A DNA stretch of 64,000 nt from the human T2T-CHM13v2.0 reference genome, Homo sapiens. The notes beneath the pieces are model-generated. The model searched no databases. It was not told the DNA's origin and saw nothing but the letters and a program-made list of their open reading frames with translations. The stretch lies in assembly GCF_009914755.1 (NCBI RefSeq), contig NC_060928.1; one strand, given 5' to 3'. Below are positions 54,831-64,000 of this stretch, piece by piece; the stretch's first letter is position 1, and every line of letters begins with the position of its first letter. A program made the translations under genes and the position numbers.

Positions 54831-57381
54831 TATTTAAAACCTCATGTATTTTTCAAGATTACACATAGATACAGTAAGTCTTTTAACAAAGGCAAGAAGA
54901 TGGAATGCATAGAGCGTGTGTCTGGATGTAGGTTTTTGTAGGAGTCCTAATTTTTGTTTTGGATTATTGGTTCATAGGTCATAACATTGCTAAAAGTACA
55001 TATATGTTAAATGTACTAAATGAAATTAAAACGGAGAAAAGTAATGTCTTAGCTTCATTTGTTAAGGATTTTCAAATTGTTTAAATGATAAAAATTCAAA
55101 AGGTGATACTAAAAATCTCTTAAATGGTTTGGGGTTTGTTTTACACATCAATGTCTAAAGTAATACATATTCATAAATTATTTTGCCACCTGCATGAGGT
55201 TCTGAGTTGAAAACATGTTTTTCCCTAACTCCAAATTATTTAATATCAGAACTTGAACTTATGTACCCATTTTAACTACTAAACTGGGAACACCAAGTAT
55301 ATAGTACTTCTCATAAATAAATAAACACACAAGTAAACCAAGTGTTATTTTCGAATGGATGTATTGATTATGGATATGTAATGTATTAATGTCTATATAA
55401 TCCAAAGATTACATTTTTAAATTATAAATAAATATGCACATATGATATGTAACATCTGATTGTCTTGAGTATGATAATTTAACTAGATTAATTTTAGATT
55501 ACCGTAAAAAATCATATCAAAACTAACTGATTTATTCACTTTTCAACCAACTCGTCTCCTTTGAGAAAAGCAGGTAAATTGACTTTTTTTTTTTTTTCCG
55601 ATTTTGAATCCTTTTTGGAATGAGGTAGTCAAGTACATATTGATTTCAAGGATGGAATTGTAAATCTCAAAATAAGAAGACCCATAAAACCTATGAAAGT
55701 TATTAAAATCCAGTAGTGTTATTTGGGAGTTTATAAAATTTATTTTTAGCATTGTTTACAAGCTTTACAATATCCTCCCCCGTCTTTATCTAATGTCGAA
55801 TATAGTTATGCAGTGTTCAGTGTGAGCAAAGGGCCTGCAAGTGCTGCATTGATAAGAGACAGAAATAAGACCTAATTTCACTTCTCAAGGTGCCCACCAG
55901 GGAGAAAGCAGAACAGCAAGACAAGAAAGCTTGTTTCTGGAGTTTTACTTAAAGAGCCAGCAAATTACTATGGGAAATAATTACTATTAGAAACAATAAT
56001 AAAAATATATATTTATGTCACTAATTTTTATGCTTTTTTACTAGAAAATTTCTTTTGAGGCCTCAATAATAAAATATATTCTATATGAAGATTGGAAGCC
56101 ATCAAGACCCAAGGCATTTATGAAAGCAGAACTTGGTTTTTAATTGTATTTTTTTTTTTTTGGAACACTGTAATATCTTTCCTGTGTATTCTTGTCTTTA
56201 ACCTTTGATCCGGGGACATCCTCCTGCAGAGAAATGTGTAGTATTTAAAGAAAAAAAGACTTGACATTCTATCATGTTAATATACATATGTCTTTTCTTC
56301 GTGGAAAAGATACCAGAATAAACTCGAATCAAGTATATAGCCTGTTAAAAGGACAATATTTCCTATTAATTAGAAGCAGATTAAGAGTCCTTTAGTGAGT
56401 TTTCTGTCATGGCATATTTTCCAAAAAAAGGATTTTAGAATCAATTTCCTCATACATATTTTTTTAAATGTGATCATTCTAGTGTTTCTCCTTCCTTCTT
56501 TCAAAGGGAACCAGGAAGAAGAACTTGATAACAGGACCTTGCATAATTAATCGATTGATCACTGAACTTCATTGTCATATTTCTACGGTCAAATTTTGGG
56601 AGAAAGCTGTCGCAAATTCATCAGAGTGTAGCAATGCCCGAGTTGTAACTGAGTTCCATCTGGGTGAGCAGCCAGCTTATAACAATCTTGGAAAAGCTTG
56701 CAGGTTTCTCAAAAAAGCCTCAGGTATTGTTTTTGCAAAACCTGGGGCTTTTCTAAGATTTGTTTTTTCAGGTTGGTTTGTCTCAAAAAGCATTTTTCTG
56801 GAGCCTGTTACAAGAGTTATGGTGTGTCAAAGAATCACAATTACGATTTTTTTTTTCAGGTAACTAGAAAACATGATGGCTACTAACAGATATTTATCTC
56901 AGTGTAGCAGTATACATTTTCCTAAAATTACAAGAAGGTTTTGAGATGTTTTTATACATATAATAATTGCATTTTTAAAATGTCATTTTGGAATTAACAC
57001 TCAATGAGTAAGAGACTGAAAATAACTTGCTAAGTGAATCTCATTTTATAATTAATATTTGTATATCAGGCATATATATTGGGAAATACATAATAGGAAA
57101 TTAATTAGCTCTATTTGTAATATAATGCAAAAATAAATTACCCTTTAAAGGTAAAGTTAGTAATGTTCTGACTAAAACAAAATATATTAAATACATAAAG
57201 TGACAATATTTTCTTAGAAATGTTGGGGCAAAAATTACACAAATTTGTTGTCAACCTCAAATAGTAATTCCCATTTGAAAGCTGAAGTTTTTAGTTTGTG
57301 AGACACATAAATCACATTAAAACAATGTTAACACTTTTAAATTTATGAACATGTCTATGTTTTTAATCATCTCCTCTTCAT

Positions 57382-57383
<2 letters not shown>

Positions 57384-57419
<36 letters not shown>
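57384..57419. repeat. (CA)n microsatellite
   Basis: About 18 pure CA units. Confidence 0.95.
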
Positions 57420-57421
<2 letters not shown>

Positions 57422-57524
57422 TGACAATGTAATCCTTGAATTTTTTGTTATTTTTGAAATACACCATATTTATTGTAAATAGCTTACAATTAGCTGCAGC
57501 ACTCTTTGAACTCAAACATAAAAT

Positions 57525-58105
<581 letters not shown>

Positions 58106-59371
58106 GTGCTTAGTATACTGTTAAACTCTAATGTAAATAAAAAAATACGTATTTATGAAAGAATTGTAAGCAATTTGAGAGAAGAAACAACCACATGGAG
58201 CAGTCAAGTACTGACACAAATTAAAGCAAATAGCGTAAGATCAGTGATAAATGCAACAAAATGTTACCAAATTTCATAGGCCTGGTAGCTCAATGTGGCA
58301 TAAAACTATATGGGAGTATATAACAAATGTGTAGATCCTGAATTGGACAGCTAAAAAGATCGTATATTTGAGGCATAATCATTTTGATGACTGAAAGTAG
58401 AAAATGAATTAGATGAATTAACACTTCAGAGTCTTGAATGGTAAACTAAGAAGCTAGACTCTACTTCAGAAGAGAATAGAGTCTTGTATGCTTCTGAGCA
58501 GGATAAATATTATAATGCCATTAGGTCTATCTAGACAAATAAATTTGGCATTAGAATGACAGGCTAATTTGCCAGGAAATGCAGTGGAAATAAAAGAGAA
58601 TATGTCTAGGAAACAATTTCATTAGCTTTGGAAATCTAGCACAAATTTCATTATTCAAAATTATCTTACTTTGGGTGGTGTGCATTTCATCAAATAATAA
58701 ATAAGTCCACATGAAATTTGACCAAATCCAAAAATAGTAGTCATTCTGCCAAAAGCAATTATTTGCCTAAGGAACAATCAAGTGCCTTTGTCCATATTCA
58801 CCTTGACGATTTATGATTAATACACTCAGAGTGTTAATAATTTGGCAACTTATCTCTTTAATTTCACTTCATTATTCTAAATTGCACTATTCTATTCCAG
58901 TGCTAGGACTCTGCACATTATTATTATTATTAATTATAATGGATACTGTAGTCATGATTCTGGTGAATGAGAGATTATTCTAGATTCTGGAGGTGAGATC
59001 CTGCTGTCCTCAACAATTCATCATGAGAAAAGTAATTAAACAACGGAGTTAATGAATTTTACATAGAACTCTTATATGGAATCTTCTAAGTGTCCTTATA
59101 CTTAGGAAGAGTAGAAAGAGGAAAAGAGAAGGAGAAAAAAAATCTGGGAAAGAAGTATTGGCTATGATCATCTGGTCACTCCAATTTAGTGGAGAGCTCA
59201 AAGTACTGGAGAAAAACATCTGGATTTTAGAGTAGCTAGTCAAATGCATTAGGTTTATTTTGTATTATATTTAAACCCTGATAAGAATGATGTTATCCTG
59301 AATATGTTTCAATGGCAATGTTAACATGTTAATGTGAAAATAAAACCGGTGACATTCTTTTAATTTTGTCA

Positions 59372-59843
<472 letters not shown>

Positions 59844-60517
59844 CTATTTCATGGAGAAAATTAGTATTTTTACCATCTTTGCCATGATTGGGGTTGAAAA
59901 AGAAGGAATTATGGCAGAAGAAAATTATGACTAAATGCTTTTATGGTATATCATTATTTAGAAAATAGCAATGTAACTAAAAATAGAAATATGCTATAAT
60001 ATAATGCAATGCAAGGTCTATTTCGTCTCTTCTCAAGCTGTAATACATAAAGGAATCAACTGAGAATCATGTTAAAATAAACATTCTTATTTAGTTAGTC
60101 TGTCATGGGGAATCTTTGAAATTCTTCATTTATATCAAGTTTTTAGGTTACCAATATTCAGTTTGTAAGGTTATTGTTTTAAATAAATTTTTAGCATACA
60201 TATGCTTTTCCTTGGAAGAAATAATTTTCATAGTTACTAGAAATGAAACATAAACCTATTGAAATACAGAATAATTTTGTATATCTCTATAATGCATCCC
60301 TAATCCCAACTAGGCGGTCTACAATACATACTTATTCTTAATAGTGGTGATGATAACTTCTGTACAAAATTTGCTTTGGTTTCCAAGACAAAAAGTCCTG
60401 TATTAATTGCTAGATTTCAATGTTCAAAATCATTTTGAGAAAAATTACCTTATTTCAGGCCTTATTTTTGTGTCTGAAAGTTGGTGTCTAAATCCTGTTT
60501 TTTTTTTTTTTTTTTAG

Positions 60518-60690
60518 TTGTGAGACCTTGGGAGATGGTTCAACCTCTTCGTATTTTGTTTTTTTGCAGATAAAACCAAGATAGAAATTGTGCCTCATAA
60601 TTGATATTTTGAGGATTCCATGAAGTAATAAATTTATTATGTGCTAAGAAATATGTGCCTGGTATGTTGATTTTTCTAATTATTATTTTA
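60518..60690 (+). mobile_element. MIR SINE fragment
   Basis: TGTGAGACCTTGGG...TTCAACCTCT...TGCCTCATAA...TTGAGGATT..ATGA...GTGCT.AGAA...GTGCCTGG. Confidence 0.6.
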
Positions 60691-62076
60691 TATGTGATAT
60701 ATACACATACATGTAGGTCATATATATAAAGTTATGATTCATTCTAAAAGTTTATAAGAAGCTGATTTTTATTGTATTGTAATTTAAAATCTGTAATTTC
60801 TGTAACTTATGATAAAATAACATTTTACCTTTGTACTCTCTTAAGAATATAGAATGCTTATAAAAATACAATAAAGTATAATACTTAAGTTAAAATTCAG
60901 TACTTGGTATGCTATTCATGAGCAGTAGTACTGACATTTCATTTTTCATAATACCAGCTGAACCTTTTCATGAGTTGCACCGTTTACTTAGTTGAACAGC
61001 ATGTAGCACTATCACCAATAAAATATCGCTTACTTGTGATTGACTTTATACACAGCAAAGCACTCACATCCTCACAATCATGATTCTTTATATAACTATT
61101 AAATTGTATATAAATAATGTTACTGCTATATTATTCCTATGAAGAAAAATATCAGTTGAAACCCCTTTAGAATTAAAAAAGGAAAGACACAGGAAGAAAT
61201 TCCCTTCGTTTTTTATTTTTATAATGTGCACTTAAAGGAACAGTGAAACACATCAGCACATACCAAAGCTTTAGAATTTTTCCTTAAAAATATAAGATTG
61301 AAGAGTTTACTTAATTCAACTTTGAAATTTACCATAGCCTATTAACTGAAGGCATCCATTTTTTCTATAATATATCTAATCATTCATTCAACAAATAATG
61401 ATTCAGCACCTCCTATATTCTGGGACTTGAATGTAAACCAGACCACTGCAGTGAACATAATAAAAACCCTCCTGAGTAAAGATATACTCTTAAAATACAT
61501 ATGTGTGTCTGTAATTCTAGACTTGAAAATCGATGAAGCCTTCCTGGAAAAGGCCAAGTGTAAACAGGATCCCTATTAAGTTCTCAAAGCCTAAAACTGC
61601 CTGCCTTCCACGTATTTTCCTTCAGTGTAAACTACATAGGAAACATAAGAGTTTTGCTTGTTTCTTTTTAGCTGTCTAATTGTAAATCTTCAGTTCATGC
61701 CTCTATCAGTTTTTCTCTACATGTTTTCATTTGTGTGCTTGTTGTCAAAACAATTGATCACAAGATGTATTTATGCCTTATAATTAAATAAGAAATTTTA
61801 AACAAAACTATCATGTATTTGTTAATAACCAAGTAAAAGTAGGCTAAACTCTTAGTCTGGGAAGATGAAAATGTGGTGATTAAGTGATATGTGGCAACCA
61901 TATGTATTATTTTCCAAGACTGATGGTGTGGTTATGTTTTTATATTTAATTATGTGTCTACACAGGAGCAGTAGTGTTTTGTCATCTGCCAGCTACAGGC
62001 TTGGGTATGACATTCCCTGAATTAGTATTTGGGGAACCTTCGAGTATTTAAAGGTGCTCATCACATGTCTTAGTTA

Positions 62077-62107
<31 letters not shown>

Positions 62108-62440
62108 GAGAATCATAAAAACTATGAGAAACATTAAGCTTTCTTTTCAGAGTTTGTTCATTGGATGTAAGATTCTTGCCCACTGCCCCCACCACCCCAC
62201 CAATGAATTTGGGCTACCATCTTATACCAATAACACTGGAAAGTCTATTTTTCCAAAAGGTTCACTGTGTGTAAAATATTCACAGTTTACCAGGCAGGCA
62301 ATTACATATTGTATTCATTTAATGGAATTTTGTGGTTTCACATGTAGGCTGTAGAGTCAGGCAACCTGGGTACAAATAATAACTCAACTACTTAGCCATC
62401 TTTCACATTTTCTCTTAAAATTGTAATATACCACCAATGT

Positions 62441-62741
62441 ATTTTATTTTATTTTTTTTGAGATGGAGTCTTGTTCTGTTGCCCAGGATGGAGTACAGTG
62501 ACACGATCTCAGCTTACTGCAACCACTGCCTCCCAGGTTCAAGCGATTCTCCTGCTTAGCCTACTGAGTAGCTGGGACTACCTACAGGCTTGCGCTTCCA
62601 TAGCTGACTAATTCTTGTATTTTTGGTAGAGATGGGGTTTCACCATACTGGCCAGGCTGGTGTTGAACTGACCTCAGGTGATACACCTGCCTGGGCCTCC
62701 CAAAGTGCTGAGATTACAGGCGTGAGCCACCATGCCTGGCC
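62441..62741 (-). mobile_element. AluS (Sx-like) SINE
   Basis: Antisense dimer from (TTTTA)n GAGATGGAGTC to CATGCCTGGCC. Confidence 0.93.
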
Positions 62742-63227
62742 TATTTTGTTATTTACTTATATTTGAATATTCTTAACTCTGTTATTGTTTTATGTAAACA
62801 AATAGTTAAGAACTTTCAAAGATAAGTGTATTTTCACAATTAGTTTCATGATAATTTTTGCTGCATCTTATCCTTGTAACAAAATGTTATATAACCTCAG
62901 GGAAGAAAATTATCTTCACTGACACTTTATCTTCTAAAAAAGATTTTTAATTGAGGTGTAGCAAAAATAAAACATTAAATCTCAGTGTACAAGCTGGTGA
63001 GCTTTATACACCTATGTAATCATATTAATTATTGTAGCATTTTATTCTTAGAAAATAAATATACATTTAAACTTAGAATTTCAATGTGAGAAGTACACAT
63101 GAAGATTTTCATTCCAACTTATGCGTAGAATACATAATTATATTTAAAAGTGAATATTCCCATATTGAAAATTACAACAAATCTTGTTTGTCTGTTACAT
63201 GAATTATATAGATGGCAGCCTATGTGA

Positions 63228-63277
63228 TTGTTAAGATCCAAACTCCAAATATTTGTTAAGATGTAAACTCCAAATAT
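63228..63277. repeat. Tandem duplication, 2 x 25 bp
   Basis: TTGTTAAGATCCAAACTCCAAATAT followed by TTGTTAAGATGTAAACTCCAAATAT. Confidence 0.85.
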
Positions 63278-63656
63278 TTTCCTTTGTATTTTTCTGTGTT
63301 ATTCCACTCAAATATGTGTTGTGCATAATCTTTAAAACTACTGTGAACCCATTGTCATATCAAATGACTCAATAGTTAATCTTACAATGAAAAAATACTA
63401 AAGATTGACTTTAGTCCACCTGTCCAATCAGCCATCTAATCAAAGCAAAATGGACAATGATGAAGATCTTTGTCTCACAAAATAATGAAGTCAGAATTTG
63501 GGCAAGAGGAGACTGAGAAAATAAAAATCAGTTGGAATGCTAAAAACCTGTCTTGTCTTTTATATGGCTAAAATAAAAAACACAGACAAACTAGTTGAAG
63601 AGTTAACTGGCAACAATATTTCTCCCAAGGACATAGTGATATGTCATAACAAATAT

Positions 63657-64000
63657 CTTCTTTTTTTAACTTTTGTTTTAGGTTTGGAGGCACATGCGAA
63701 GCTTTGTTTCATAGGTAAACACATGTCATGGTAGTTTGTGGTACATATTATTTCATCACCTAGGTATTAAACCCAAGTACCCAATAGTTATTTTTTCTGC
63801 TCCGTTCCCTCCACACATCCTCCCCCATCAAGTAGACCCAGTGTCTGTTGTTTCTCTCTTTGTGTTCCTAAGTTCTTATCATTTAGCTCCCATTTATAAG
63901 TGAGAATACGTAGTATTTTGTTTTCTTTTGCTGCATTAGTTTGCTAAGGATATAACCTCCAGCTCTATCTGTGTTTGTGCAAAAGACATGATCTTATTCT
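63657..64000 (-). mobile_element. L1PA15/16-like LINE-1 3' end, continuing beyond the window
   Basis: TTTTAACTTTT...ATAGGTAAAC.CATGTCATGG...TTATTTCATCACCTAGG...GTACCCAATAGTTATTTTTTCTG...CAAGTAGACCCAGTGTCTGTTG...CATTTAGCTCCCA.TTATAAGTGAGAA. Confidence 0.9.

Noticed and set aside
55885-55910. CTCF-like CCACCAGGGAG, and an RFX-like GTGCCATGGTAAC near 26873
   Set aside because: Partial single motif matches cannot support a regulatory call without chromatin data.

Overview
This window is AT-rich primate genomic DNA, almost certainly human because it carries an AluYa5 with all five diagnostic bases. It reads as intergenic or deep-intronic. I find no host protein-coding exon, RNA gene, CpG island or CRISPR-like array. 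The longer ORFs in the track are L1 ORF2 relics, Alu read-throughs, low-complexity artefacts or chance frames. The window is mostly layered transposon relics: a decayed ERV1 env plus MER57 3' LTR at the left edge, solo LTRs (LTR14, MER57, MER67, LTR47, MER76-like, several MLT1), an ERVL gag remnant, 11 Alus, 5 L1PA pieces, older L1M/L2/MIR, and the DNA transposons Tigger3 and MER58A, with several nested insertions. Subfamily names come from recalled consensus features and need RepeatMasker/Dfam confirmation. I cannot support a new biological system here. The best leads are a ~130-bp non-repeat inverted repeat, atypical retrotransposition products (in-frame deleted L1, TSD-less nested L1, left-arm-only Alu with TSD, AluYa5 with A>G changes), fold-back duplication scars and a candidate non-coding exon.
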